Assembly: GCA_017499595.2 (NCBI GenBank)
Contig: CM039009.1
Span: forward strand, 124,001 to 188,000
DNA length: 64,000 bases
Reading direction: 5' to 3'
Source: Psilocybe cubensis
Lineage: Eukaryota
Part shown: piece by piece, positions 1-12,125 of the stretch
Position numbering within the stretch: position 1 is the stretch's first letter
How the letters are laid out: the number at the start of each line of letters is the position of its first letter
Notes under the pieces: generated by a model
The model's input: only the letters and a program-made list of their open reading frames with translations
Databases searched by the model: none
Told to the model about the DNA's origin: nothing
Position numbers and translations under genes: made by a program

Positions 1-3000
1 TAGGAGGTAACCGAATGACTAACCTTTCATTTTGTTCCGCAGACACGCCCTCCGTTCCTTCTTTTGGTGACTTAACTTTAATTAGGCCACGCATACGAGC
101 GGCGAACTCGTCTGAAGTCTCAGGCCGTCCCGTTTCGGCACCTTCACGTTCTCGAATCCGTTTTGATCTCCGTCCCACAAAGTTTGGGTTAAGCGCCGAA
201 CATTCCGCTTCCAAACCAACCAAGACAGGGTGCGTTATCGCACTCAATGTGACTGCCATTGAATCCCCATTCTCTGGTGAGTCATACTCAGTGTATTCCG
301 ATGCCGAACGGACTGTTCCTGGCGCATCATTGGAGTAAATCCTGGATAGCGCATCACTAAGAATATTTTCTGTTCCCGGGACGTAAATAACCTCAAAGTC
401 AAACATCGCCAGTTGTTCCAGCCACCGAGCACGCCTTCCGCTGCTAGCACGATCAATATCTCGATGACTCAAGACTGTAACTAATCCCTTGTGATCTGTA
501 AACCAACGGAACTTCACACCAAGTAGTAAGTCCCGGTATCGCATCATAGTCTCTAACCCAGCTAACATTTCGGCTTCGTGAACTGGATAGTTCTGCTGCG
601 CAGGTGAGAGTTTTGCCGAGTAAAAGGCTGCAACTGGTGCAGTCTTCCAATCCTCTCCCTGACTGATGACGCCAGCTATGCCAGTAACACTGGCATCTGT
701 TATAACATTGACTGGTGGCGCTCCTTTTGAGTAATCAAGCGGGCGCCTATGGTGATTACGAAAAGCGCTTGCGCGCTGCTTTATCTCATCAAATGCACGT
801 TGGTGAGTGGGTTCCCACCGAAAGGGAACTTCTTTACTCGTTAAAGTGTGTAGAATTCCCATCGGAATTCGCACACTCTCAATATCATCCGCAAGATAGC
901 TTGCCGCACCTAAAAATCCACGCAATAACTCGCGATTTGTGGGTGTTTTCCACTTCAGAAGTGCGTCAACTTTATGCGGGTCCATTTGGATGCCCTCATC
1001 GTCGACAATCCGGCCTAGTATCTTGACTTTCTTGCACAGGAAGTCTAACTTGTTAGCTGATAGATAAAACTTCTCTTTCTGTAGCACATCTAAAACAATT
1101 AAAACATGCTCGATGTGTTCTTCCAGAGTGTCTGAATATATTACTAAATCATCAAGGTAAGGGTCCATAAATTTGCCAATGTATGGAGAAAAAATATGAT
1201 TCATCAGTGACTGAAATGTTGCAGGTGCATTACAGTCCCCTTGCTGCAATACATGCGAAACCATGTTTCCATTGGGTGTTGAAAAAGCCGTCTTCCACAC
1301 ATCAGCAGGTTCGATTCGGACTTGCTCATATGCATCTTTTAAATCTATTAAACTACGATACGGTTTACTTGATACTCGTCTCATGATGCCGTCGATGTCC
1401 GGCAAAGGGCTTGTAAGTTTCCTTGTATTATTATTACGAGCTCGTAGATCTATAACAGTCCGCAGCTTTGCCGGCTCTCCCGGTTTGGCAGGCTTTGGAA
1501 TGAACATCATAGGTACGGTATTCCTTGAATTTGTAATTTCCCACCGTCCTGTTCTAATGTAATCACTTCGTTTCTCAACCCACTGGGGCATGAATGCCTC
1601 GGGGCATCGTGACGGGCGCCATGGGTACTGTACTTCATCGTTTATTAAATCTATCTTATGATTAATTGCTCGAAGAGGTGGTAACGGGGTCTCAGCGGCT
1701 GTTTTACACAGCGGCGCGGCCTTATGTTTCAAGAAGTCTCGAACCTCGTCGAAATTTTCTTCCCTAATCCGAGCTGCTCTTGATTGTAAAGTACGAACGG
1801 CAGATCCTTTAATTGGTAACGCCGTGTTGCTACCAATAATTACTCGAGTTGGATTAAACCCAACTAAAGCTTGATGCTGGTACATGAATGGAGTACCCAG
1901 GATCAAGTCATAGCTGGATAAGTTAATTATATCAAAGGCTCTAACCTCATTGACGCCTTGATACGTCAGTTGGGCGCTTGTTTTATAATTTACCTTCGAT
2001 CTGGATCCCAAGACCGCGAGTTGCACGGTAAGTGGCGTTTTCAATTCGTATCTATTTAATCTTAGTTGATCAACTAATGTTGACGACATGAAATCACAGA
2101 GCGATCCGGTGTCGATTAATGCTCGCGCCGGTCGGCCCTGTATGTTCACCACAACTACTACGGGGTCTGGTACAACCCTAGAAGGATCTCGTACGATGGC
2201 TGCGTTTCTTTGGGCCGCAGGTAAGCTGTCTGCTGATGCTATTGGTTCCTGGGCGCTTAATTCAACTATCAACTCTTTATCCAACCGAGTCATATATGCG
2301 TCCTGGTTGAGGGTCTCATCCGAGTCGTAGTAATCAGACTCGTCAAATGATTCGTCACCCGGTTCGGATTCATGGTAGAATAATTCACTTAATCCAAATG
2401 AAGGCTGATTTTCAAGGGTTGATGTCACATAACCCTTGATTAGCTTAATCAGTTGTTTTAGGTACCAATCTTGAATGTTAAGCCTTGGTTCCTCCATCTC
2501 CTTAGCTGATATTCTAAATGTAAGATGTAGATCCCAGTCTATTATAATATACTCGAGCTTATCGAGATCCTTTGCATTATCTAGGTGAACTTCAAACCTT
2601 TTGGTGCGTTTGAGGCGAGATTCTTTACTTATGGTAAGATATTTACTGAAACTGCGTCCAGTAGCTAGTTTCCACTCGCAATTACGTTCCCAGACATTGA
2701 GCGAAGGCGTCTTACGATACCAGCGCTTGTTTGGTCTTACTTTGGGTACACGCGCTTCCTGCGTACATTTGATTGCATACCATCGACCAATTAGAAAGTC
2801 ACGACGTAAGACTAATCCTACATCGAGTAGTTGATCGGTATGGTTAACTGTATCGAGTATAGCCAATTTTTGACCACCATGAGTAGGGTATACTACAAAT
2901 CTGTCCGTAACTCGAGACTCCCAGCATGGATCACCGGGGTAAGGCCGCATTGTCTCTAATTGATGTTTTACTAGGTCACAAATTGGACTGTCAAGTGTAC

Positions 3001-5044
3001 CATTCGTTACGCAGTCTGTGTCTGGATCATACAGCACTCGAGCCACTTCCTCATACAATGGGGAATTTTGCGAGCCACTGTCGTTATCAATTTCACACAT
3101 AGACATGTCAACCTGCATGCAGTGTGATTCGATTGACGCTTCTGTGGTGTCCTGAAGGCCTAGCAGTGCGTTTTCGTTGTCTACTGCAACCTCTACGTTG
3201 AAACTTTTTACTCCAGGTGGTTTCCCACTATTTCCGGTTGATTTGACTACCTGGGAAGACCTACAGTGTCGTCCAATGTGTCCTGTTTCTCCACATCGAT
3301 AACATTTGATGTGGGAACCGTATCCTTCTGGCTTGGGTCTATTGTCTCCAAATCTTTTATTGGGCGCTAATCCCTTCTCGTCCCCTTTAGGTTTATTTGT
3401 ATTAGAATCCTTGCGATCGTCTCTGCGATAATCGCGTTTAATTTCATTATTTCCAAACCTAGTCTTCTCATGGAAAGTTCGCTTGTTGTCCGAATGCAGA
3501 TTAAACTTAACATTTCGGTGTGATGTCTTCTGATTGTTTTCAATCTGCTGAGCAATTTCATGACGAGTAGCCACTTGTATTACTTCGTCCCATGTGTTTT
3601 GCTCATAATCCAACCCTTCTTTCCAAAGTGCGGATTGCAATTCGGGCTTGAGTCCGTTCCATAAGCGGTCAACGCGTTGCTCTGGAGTCGATTTTCCAAT
3701 TATTCGGAACAAAATCATTAGCTCTGCAGCATATTCCGCTACAGTCATTGAACCCTGAGAGAAATTTTCAAGTTTCTTTCGTTGTTTCAATCTGTAGTCA
3801 GGTGGGAAACAGTAATTATAAAGTTCAGTAAAGAATCGTTGTCTATCCCAAGAGTCTACACTTATGGACACCATTGTAGAGTAGAATTTGTATGCCTTTC
3901 CGGCGAGGTAATCAGCACATTTTACTACTTGATCCTGGGGAGGTAATGCAGCCTCCTTACAAAACCTTTCACACTGAGTAATGTATTTATAAAATTTCAT
4001 GAAGTCCGCGTCACCGTGATACTTATCCGGGGCTGTAGGTGGCAACGGTTTGAATCTTGCGGGACTGATTATGTGTCCCTCGGTATCCAATGGTCCCAGT
4101 ACTCGGGCACTTGACTCAGCCTGTTCCTTGTTATTATTCCCTTTTGGGTTGGCAAGAAGTTGTCCAAGTAAGCTTTCCGCGGGTAACTGGTTGCTAGGTT
4201 TGATAGCCTCTGCCCGTTTAGCCTGCGTTCGTTGACGCGCCGCTTGCGTGATAAGATCCTCGACATCGTGAGACATGGGAGTGGTGGAAATACCACGTTT
4301 CTCCATCCTCGATTGGACTTCAATGGGTTGATTTTTATTTGCATATGCCTTCTTCATTTCGGCGAGTTGCCTTTCCATTTCCTGAATCTGTAAGTACTCA
4401 TCGTTTATTGTAATTTCCTGCGATTCTTCGCGAATTTCTGCATAGTTCTCTTGCGCGCGAGCGTGGGAATCGCGGATCTCACGCTCAATTACTCTTTGAA
4501 CTTCAGGGTTTAGTTCGTCTTCGGGGATCCTCAGATTACCCCAATTCCTGAGATCAATCCCCTTTCCTTTGTTGGATGGACCTGGCTCTGTGGATACTTC
4601 GCTTCGGTCCTTTTGTGTAGTTACCTTGTTTTTGTTACCACTCATGTTAATGGCATTTTCAATTTTACTTAACCTATCCATTAAGGATGTAATGAGCTCC
4701 TTAGTTTCAGTAACAACAGTCTGTGCATCATTCACAGAATTTCTATAGGCACTATTGACATCAGTGTCCGCTCTATACCTATTCAAACTATTCAAGCTTA
4801 AGCTTCTACGAGCGCGCCTGGCTGCAGCGGCTGCGCTCCCGGTGTTGTTTGGATTATTTCCGCGGTGGTCATCCCGACCACGCGCGCCGCCTTCCTCCAT
4901 TCCGGTAGGCAAGGCTTCCTGCTTGGGGTCGTCACCTCTCGAAGCAGGGGGATCCCGGTCAGACCCCGTGGTTGGCACGTCCCTGGCGGCCGTATGACCC
5001 CTCGGTGCTCGACCACTCCTCAACGTGGCTCCTCTAGTAGCCAT
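1..5044 (-). CDS. gag-pol: Ty3/Gypsy gag-pol polyprotein (partial; integrase lies beyond the window edge)
   Basis: ATG at 5044 (MATRGATLRSG). In the same frame: zinc knuckle CYRCGETGHIGRHC (~3304), protease ALIDTGS (~2113) and RT YLDD (1159). RNase H motifs TDAS, FTDHKGL and YVPGTENILSDALSR follow. The ORF track lists nothing in this frame, consistent with no stop before the window edge. Confidence 0.93.
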   Translation of the reverse strand, partial: MATRGATLRSGRAPRGHTAARDVPTTGSDRDPPASRGDDPKQEALPTGMEEGGARGRDDHRGNNPNNTGSAAAAARRARRSLSLNSLNRYRADTDVNSAYRNSVNDAQTVVTETKELITSLMDRLSKIENAINMSGNKNKVTTQKDRSEVSTEPGPSNKGKGIDLRNWGNLRIPEDELNPEVQRVIEREIRDSHARAQENYAEIREESQEITINDEYLQIQEMERQLAEMKKAYANKNQPIEVQSRMEKRGISTTPMSHDVEDLITQAARQRTQAKRAEAIKPSNQLPAESLLGQLLANPKGNNNKEQAESSARVLGPLDTEGHIISPARFKPLPPTAPDKYHGDADFMKFYKYITQCERFCKEAALPPQDQVVKCADYLAGKAYKFYSTMVSISVDSWDRQRFFTELYNYCFPPDYRLKQRKKLENFSQGSMTVAEYAAELMILFRIIGKSTPEQRVDRLWNGLKPELQSALWKEGLDYEQNTWDEVIQVATRHEIAQQIENNQKTSHRNVKFNLHSDNKRTFHEKTRFGNNEIKRDYRRDDRKDSNTNKPKGDEKGLAPNKRFGDNRPKPEGYGSHIKCYRCGETGHIGRHCRSSQVVKSTGNSGKPPGVKSFNVEVAVDNENALLGLQDTTEASIESHCMQVDMSMCEIDNDSGSQNSPLYEEVARVLYDPDTDCVTNGTLDSPICDLVKHQLETMRPYPGDPCWESRVTDRFVVYPTHGGQKLAILDTVNHTDQLLDVGLVLRRDFLIGRWYAIKCTQEARVPKVRPNKRWYRKTPSLNVWERNCEWKLATGRSFSKYLTISKESRLKRTKRFEVHLDNAKDLDKLEYIIIDWDLHLTFRISAKEMEEPRLNIQDWYLKQLIKLIKGYVTSTLENQPSFGLSELFYHESEPGDESFDESDYYDSDETLNQDAYMTRLDKELIVELSAQEPIASADSLPAAQRNAAIVRDPSRVVPDPVVVVVNIQGRPARALIDTGSLCDFMSSTLVDQLRLNRYELKTPLTVQLAVLGSRSKVNYKTSAQLTYQGVNEVRAFDIINLSSYDLILGTPFMYQHQALVGFNPTRVIIGSNTALPIKGSAVRTLQSRAARIREENFDEVRDFLKHKAAPLCKTAAETPLPPLRAINHKIDLINDEVQYPWRPSRCPEAFMPQWVEKRSDYIRTGRWEITNSRNTVPMMFIPKPAKPGEPAKLRTVIDLRARNNNTRKLTSPLPDIDGIMRRVSSKPYRSLIDLKDAYEQVRIEPADVWKTAFSTPNGNMVSHVLQQGDCNAPATFQSLMNHIFSPYIGKFMDPYLDDLVIYSDTLEEHIEHVLIVLDVLQKEKFYLSANKLDFLCKKVKILGRIVDDEGIQMDPHKVDALLKWKTPTNRELLRGFLGAASYLADDIESVRIPMGILHTLTSKEVPFRWEPTHQRAFDEIKQRASAFRNHHRRPLDYSKGAPPVNVITDASVTGIAGVISQGEDWKTAPVAAFYSAKLSPAQQNYPVHEAEMLAGLETMMRYRDLLLGVKFRWFTDHKGLVTVLSHRDIDRASSGRRARWLEQLAMFDFEVIYVPGTENILSDALSRIYSNDAPGTVRSASEYTEYDSPENGDSMAVTLSAITHPVLVGLEAECSALNPNFVGRRSKRIREREGAETGRPETSDEFAARMRGLIKVKSPKEGTEGVSAEQNERLVIRLPP

Positions 5045-5211
5045 GGTCTGAACTAATAGCAAAGTTAATACACAAAGAAAGTCCGTCACGACGTACCTGG
5101 TATCCTCGGGTGATCAAGCCGAGGGGGAACGCAATGGTAGATGTCGGCGACGGCAAACGCGAGTTAGAGAGAGTAGAGTAGTGCGATGAGAATAGACGAG
5201 AGTCAAAAATA

Positions 5212-5477
5212 TGTGACGGGGCGCGTTATTCACACGGGTCCCGGCACACTGTCGAAGCTCAAATGACTGGATAAAGTGGTCTATTCCAGCTCGTCCTACC
5301 ACTACTCAAACTACTCGTATTTATACTACTCTATCTACTTATTTACGTCATATGTTTATTGTTTTGAGCAAGGTTGAAGGCGACAGAAAGAAATAGAATA
5401 TCTTCGAACATATGAATAAATCTTCCGAAGATAAGATAAGATGTGCTTACAGATGAACGACTAGTGACTCCGTCACA
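5212..5477 (-). repeat. Putative 5' LTR (266 bp)
   Basis: Bounded by a perfect 8-bp inverted repeat TGTGACGG...CCGTCACA. Minus-strand TATAAATA at ~5318-5325 and AATAA near the end. The second LTR is not in the window, so this is unconfirmed. Confidence 0.65.
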
Positions 5478-6599
5478 CTTACACCTGCTTTGTAATACAT
5501 CCAGGAAATTTTCGACATCATTATCTTTGGGCCGAAACAGATAGGATACCTCCAAAACCTTTGAAGATGTGCCTCCTTGGTACAAAAAACCTTACCATGT
5601 TGATCTACAACGCATGAGATGACGTCGGAAACGATGTAAGAGAGTTACTAGACAGTTCAGCAATCTATCAAGTAGTATCAATAAATCACGTTTAAATAGG
5701 TGAAAACGCCACCAATCATGCGCGAATCTCGACTTGAAGGAGAGTGTAACCACATAAAGTGAATACCATTTCTCTCTCTCTGCTATTATCATAAGTTGAA
5801 ATCGGATGTTCTCATTGTCACTGCCACTGAGACAGATGATACAGGTTAAGTGAAATGGTGAAGTTTGTTTCATCAGGCGATAAGGTTTTCCGTTCATAGG
5901 AATGGGTGTCCCAAACGGGAAATGACCAAAAAATGGAGAGAAAAAGAGAGAGACTCACGATGCTTTATTTTTGTTAAAATTTTGAAGAGAAATGACTTGA
6001 AAGTACTCGAGAATATGTACGGATTGTCACAAACATCAATTTTGTGAAATACCGTGTGGAAAATTTTCAAAAATTTTGCGCTGACGCGCGTCAGAGAAAT
6101 AGTCCATGTAAACATGTACCTTTTACTTTGTCTGTACTCTAAATTTCTCTGATATTTTTTACCTGGGTATGATTTACTTTATATATGATCTAGAATATCA
6201 CTCAAAGAGCCTCAAAAAATCCAACCAGGATGCCCGTCGAGCGTGAATTGAATACGGAAGTGCGCAAATGTGGCTGTGTTGCGGCACCTCGGCTGGCAGA
6301 TAACATTGGGGGTGGCAGATAACATCCATATGTATTCTACTGATTTGACACTACTTACTTAAGTTTTAAAGGCACTTATGTGTATATACATTCTTTGCAT
6401 ACTTGAATATATTTTTTTTATCACAATCCATACGAGGTTTTATGGTGAAATGTCTGAAAAGAGCAAGCTTGGATTCTGCCGGGCAGATAACATGGCAGAT
6501 AACATACCCACACCTATGATCGGTGAACCGGCGATAAGACTCCTATACATTTTTGTGACGCTAATGTCAGGACATTTCGGTTGGGTATTGTGCCTTCAG

Positions 6600-6825
6600 T
6601 GGACATTTCGACGGGGTATCGTGCCCTTAGGGGACATTTCGACGGGGTATCATGCCCACAAAGGGCTTTATCGACGGGGTATCGTGCCCTTAGGGGACAT
6701 TTCGACGGGGTATCATGCCCACAAAGGGCTTTATCGATGGGGTATCGTGCCCTTAGGGGACATTTTGACAGGGTATCATGCCCACAAAGGGCTTTATCAA
6801 CGGGGTATCGTGCCCCACAGGGGAC
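6600..6825. repeat. Tandem repeat, 63-bp unit (two related ~31-bp halves), ~3.5 copies
   Basis: Repeated cgacggggtatcgtgcccttaggggacatttcgacggggtatcatgcccacaaagggctttat. Confidence 0.9.
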
Positions 6826-7686
6826 TGTCTGCCTGGATTTCTTGCCCATATTGAACCTCTCATCCACAGCTCGTATGCACAGGGGTGGTCTCGAGAAGGA
6901 GTGGCTATTGTAGGTGACTGACATGCTGAGCATTGTGCCTATATACTACCTAGCCTTGGCCACTAACTCAACTACTCCGTGCACTCGTCGACGCTCACAA
7001 CGCCCAAGGCTGGTGCTCTGGTTGTTCAAATAGAGTACACTGCGGCTGAGACATGGTTTCAGTAAACAAGAGGGACTGTGTGACTTTATTATGGAATATT
7101 GATGTTTTGATTTTAGCAAGGTAACTTATTCGGCGCCTATTGCTGTTATACAGATAATGAGGCAGGAGCTTCTTATTGTAAATGTCGTTCAGTGTCATAG
7201 ACGCATGCAAGTCGAGCGGATCCTGTTTGGTGTACCATGTGTTACAGGTCTTTGAAGAGGCTCCCATTTTCATCTTGTAAACTTACAGTATATTGTTAGA
7301 GGTTATTTGTATGCTCGCATATGGATCATGAATGGACTATAAATGAGATAAACTGTTGCTTTCAAATATGAAAGCAAACATGCCCATTAACTTTGGACTC
7401 ATGGATGCTAATCAGCGAGCCGGGTGCAGGGAAAGAATTGCCCTTGTCGCCCGTGACACAACTGCATGTGCCATGATGTTCTGTGTAGGACAGGGGAGGC
7501 TTCGGGCCCCTCCCGCTGCTACACACCGGGCGGCTCTGTTGAGGGCCGTTTGGTAATCTCGTAAACATAAACATAAACATAAACTATGTTATGGGTCCGA
7601 GGGATCGAGCATAAGACCAGTATGGCGTCAGACATCATTTCTACGCACAGAAAGCTAAACGAATGTACTTTGATGGTGCATCATTT

Positions 7687-8714
7687 AGGGCAACAAGAAA
7701 TGTCAGTGCATGTAAGTGCATGTAAGTGCATGTAAGTGCATGTAAGTGCACGTTGGCACTGACATGCACTGACATTACTTAGGATTTGTGAAAAAATTAA
7801 AGTCTGTACTTCTATACAATAAAACTATGTTTATTTTAGGATTACTTAGATGGATTTTGAATGGATTATAAGTGTCTAGAAATCTACTATCCTCCTAGAA
7901 TTATCTTTACACTGACTGCTAAGAGTTGATGCACTGACACATGCACTGACGGTGCACTCACATGCACTGACATACACTGATCTTCAGTAATGGTGCACTG
8001 ACGATGCACTGACATTGTTTTTACCTTATAATCATGTTATCTTTTATTTCAAACAAAGAACACAATGGTAGGTAGGTAGACTGTATGAATTACGTCCGGT
8101 CCATCAGCTGTCCCAAAGACCCGCTCAACTAGGGTGCTCCAATGGGACTTTTTAGTTCCCTTTCCCTTTTAGCTGTGTCATAGGGACATCCTCCCTACTA
8201 AAAAACCGCACTCCAAGCCAAGGCCAATATTTCAAAGCATTGTTGCGCCTGCAGCCAAGGATGATCCCAAATCATTGTCAAACAAGCATGTTGGATCAAT
8301 TATACAGAGGGATACTCTGAGGCGCCTATCTAATGATTCCAGCATAATTCATTCATTTTCCAACATCTATGCTTGATTTAGTACACCAGATTGTAACTTG
8401 AAAATGTAGAAAATATATGTCTACTTCTATATCTTGTTATTTAGCCATGTCTGGCCCAGAAATTCCGTGACTGTATGTTTTAATTCTCCCTAAGTTAACT
8501 TTCTCATGGCCCACAACTTTCAATTTAACAAGTACAAACTTTGCCACCACACGATGAACTACCCAATACACTAACATAACCCAGGACGCACTGACACACC
8601 CTGACCAATTTATAGATGATTGGAAACATGCACTGACATTGCACTGACATTGCTGTGGTATGCACTGACATGCACTGACCGCACTGACATTGCACTGACA
8701 TTTTCCAGTGCCCC
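7687..8714. mobile_element. Non-autonomous TIR element (MITE-like) with GCACTGACA subterminal arrays
   Basis: Left end agggcaacaagaaatgtcagtgca versus right-end reverse complement ggggcactggaaaatgtcagtgca. Many gcactgaca copies near both ends. TSD not clearly resolved. Confidence 0.6.
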
Positions 8715-9041
8715 ATCTAAACGATGGGCCCGGTCAATAATAGCTTCCTGTCATGCTAAATATAACGCACCTTTGCTAACCATCTGCAACAAAAATCCAG
8801 GTGTACATCACTTCAAGTTCATCATTCCATCTATCAACACTTACGTGTGAGAATTAATAAATCATATATTATGGTATCTTCAACCTTACTCTGGTTTCTT
8901 CAGACCCAGGCTGGCCCTTCGCTGTAGAAACGAGAAGGTGATAGTTGAACTTTCTAAGGTATGTTTCCTAGACTCTTAGGTCGATACAAGGTTGCATTCA
9001 CCCTTTACTCTGTAGATAAACGACCAATTACTACCTTCTTG

Positions 9042-10305
9042 ATGAGCTACAACTCATGCAATGACAAGGGTCCCCAATTATTCAACAGGTCATGGCAAGA
9101 AGGAACCTTTATCAGTACGGCTACATTTGGGGCAAACCTTGTTTTTTTCGTACTCAACTTAAATCTCCTATGGGATCGCCTTAAGTCCGAGAAAAAGCAA
9201 TATGGAAGGCCCTCAAAGCAATCTCTGCTGTTGTTTATATATATGATTTTTGTCATATTGCTCTGTATCGGTATAGAGGTGGCCGAGGTATATGTGACTC
9301 AGCCTGGCCAGACGCCAGTCGTAGCAGGCCCACTGAGTGGTTCCATTGATATACTGTTTGAAGGCGTTCCTGCCCAAGTTGGAGACCTTTGTTTTTCTTT
9401 GATCCACTGGCTTGTTTCAGTTTTACTTGTGAGTTCCTTGCGTGCTATCTCTTCATACCACTAATTCATTATTCGGTAGTTGTGGAGGTGTTTCATTATA
9501 TACAGGAACTCGAACTCCGCTATATGGGTCCTGATGTTTTTTCCGGTTGTAATTTTTCTATCGTCTTTGGGTATTACACAATTCCACTTTCTCTGCGATC
9601 AAAACTAACAGATGCACCAGCAATAGGAGTCCTTTTTATAATTTCGCTTTTTCTGGGACCGGGAAAGTCCCTAATGAACATGGACACCCTTGTGTTTGTC
9701 TACGGAATACTTTCGCTGTGTTCCAATCTCCTCTTTACTTGTATGATCGTCACACGACTTTTTCTATACCGCCAAGGGATCAAAATGCTGGTAGGAAAAA
9801 AATATGCCAGTCAATATACGAGCATATCCTCCATGTTCATTGAATCCGCAGCGGTTGTGAATGTAGCCATACTCCTTATTCTGATCGGGATAGGGATTAT
9901 GAGCCCAATCACAACACTAATACTTTTAAGTTTAACTGAAATAGAAGTGAGTATAGTTTATAATCCCGAAAGCCCATCGAGTCTGAAGCATTATTTCAGG
10001 TCCTGGCCTCATTTATCATTATATATCGGGTGGCCAAAGGGACAGCTTGGTCATTGGGAACGGCACATCAGTTGATCGCTCAAAACGTGGCAAGAAATGG
10101 GGGGTTTAATCCCAGTGTCCCGGACGCCGCACGAATTTCAGCAATGAGACATAGAGCGACTTCTCAGATGATGGAAGTCAGCACATCATTCAACTTTTCT
10201 CGAGCCACGAGGACATCGAACATGATCTCGACGGACATATCTGCACACAGTACATCATGCCAACAGTGTATGAAGTATGCAGTCGAGGAAGAAAACGTGC
10301 AATAG
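9042..10305 (+). CDS. Multi-pass membrane protein of the expanded agaricomycete STE2/GPCR-like family (4 exons)
   Basis: Hydrophobic segments. Splicing at GT..AG introns (~9430-9478, ~9571-9611, ~9947-9999) gives LWRCFIIY, SLCSNLLFTCMIVTRL, YTSISSMFIESAA and IIYRVAKGTAW. Confidence 0.7.
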
Positions 10306-10709
10306 GCTAATGGTGTACATTGTATTGTTTTGAATTTTGTGTAGAGCCAACGGACACAAACGTAAGAATAGACCCTAGTTATAAATTTGTAAAAAAATTG
10401 TGCACTTGCTCGATTAACGAACGAATGACAGACCAGATAGCAAGATGCAGAGTTACTCCAAACAACTCGAATAGTAAAGTGAAGTCTGGCACGGGCAGAT
10501 ACTTCATGTCGAAACATACCAATTATTTGCACGCCGTGCCATTTACACTAAGCACTGAGGAAAAGACCGTCTCACCTATTACTATTAACGGTGTCGGGTA
10601 CAGATGGGGGGCGGAATGGCGAACGACATTGACAAGTAGTCTCATGCTTCAAAACTTCAAATGTAAACATGGTTTGAAAATATCTCTTCTGAGCCAGTTT
10701 TACCTAATA

Positions 10710-11226
10710 CACGGCGGGCAAAAGTGCTGACTAGTCAGCCTGGGAGTTGGTCTGACCAGTCACCTGACCATGTCGTGGCGCGTTCCGTGACGAATCAACT
10801 GACCAGTCCGGAGAGGTCACACAAATGTTGTCACGCTGGTTAGTATTGGTAAATGAGTTCAGTAACATAAGATTAAATGGGAACAAACCATTGTCTTCCG
10901 AAGCACTCTCACTGAGGAAAAGCAATGAATGAATTGGATATTTCTTGTGTTTGGTTGAAATTCGGTCATTATTCAAACAAATGGACAATTAATGGATGTT
11001 GTACCAAAATTGTGTCGATGCATGCTAGATATCTTCAACAAGATTCATGAAAGAAGCAAATAATGTAAGTCTGGGGCATAGAAAAGAGATCCTCTGTTCT
11101 ACAATCAATGAGCGGAATTACAGAAACTTAGCAGCGTGACAATAAATGCGTGACAGCTACATGACTAGTCAGGTGACTGGTCAGACCAACTCCCAGGCTG
11201 ACTAGTCAGCACTTTTGCCCGCCGTG
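10710..11226. mobile_element. CMC/CACTA-type MITE (517 bp)
   Basis: Perfect 59-bp TIRs starting CACGGCGGGC (10710-10768 / 11168-11226). 3-bp TSD ATA on both sides. Confidence 0.92.
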
Positions 11227-12125
11227 ATAGTAATAGCTTTCCTAGGAGCTTGATTTAGTCCACAGTATCTTATTATCCAAGCCTTTGAAGCGGATCAGGA
11301 ACACAGTTACAGAACGACAGAAACATAGCAGGGTCCCCAACACGTGCAAAAAGAGGATTTGTTGCGAAAATTTCCGGAAGAAGTCGGCTTGGTTTAGGCC
11401 GACAACGGACGCAGGGTCGACCCCCACTGGGTCCGTGGTTCTCTGAACAGAAGAACCTCGAGGTGGGACACGAGGCTCTCTCAATTAGATAATATCATCA
11501 AGATATACTCACTTCATGGAGGTCCTGTCACTTGTGAGCGCTTGTTCAAGTCTATTACCACAGGAGACTATCCGGTGTATATCTCATCGTTGATGATGTC
11601 TGCCGTCGTGTCTTTTGTTCAATTGTTGTTAAATATTTGAGTCGAGAGGATGGTCAACCCTAACCTTAGGATGGCGGTTGAAGTTGCCGCGGGAATTTGA
11701 AAAACAAGGGCTTTTGGGCATTTGTAAGTTTCCTTGCCACCTGGTCTTGGACTACGATATTAACTTGAACCCAGAAGCCAAAGAAAAGGATATATAACTC
11801 AGATAACTGAAGATACGACGAATACCAAAATCAATAACACGACTGACACGATACATTACACCGACACGGACGTTAAGAGAAGACACGACACGCCAATCCA
11901 TCTACGACTACGACACACACGGTTCTAAGCCAAACAACATCGCCTCTAATACGCGTTTCTTACTGTTTCTTGAGCTGCATTTCTCTGGACTCAGAGACAG
12001 AGGTCGTACATAACACAACCCACACGTGGATGCAGACAGGCCGATTGGCGAGTGACAAAGTCGGGGCAGTGGGCCTTGTACATCACGTCCCGTCTATCGT
12101 ATCTCTCTAGGTATCGTCAGAACCG

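Larger units (their letters stand above)
1..5477 (-). mobile_element. Ty3/Gypsy LTR retrotransposon, 5' portion
   Basis: Domain order gag-PR-RT-RH, plus a candidate 5' LTR upstream of the gag ATG. Confidence 0.9.

Noticed and set aside
15-5056. Short ORFs listed across the Gypsy region
   Set aside because: Shadow ORFs of the long minus-strand gag-pol frame.
5897-6516. Possible hAT-like MITE (TAGGAATGGGT / TAGGTGTGGGT ends, GGCAGATAACAT repeats)
   Set aside because: The TIR is short and imperfect and no 8-bp TSD was found. Probably a TE remnant, but not supportable.
6378-6933. ORFs with repeated peptides
   Set aside because: They are translations of the 63-bp tandem repeat, with no protein-like context.
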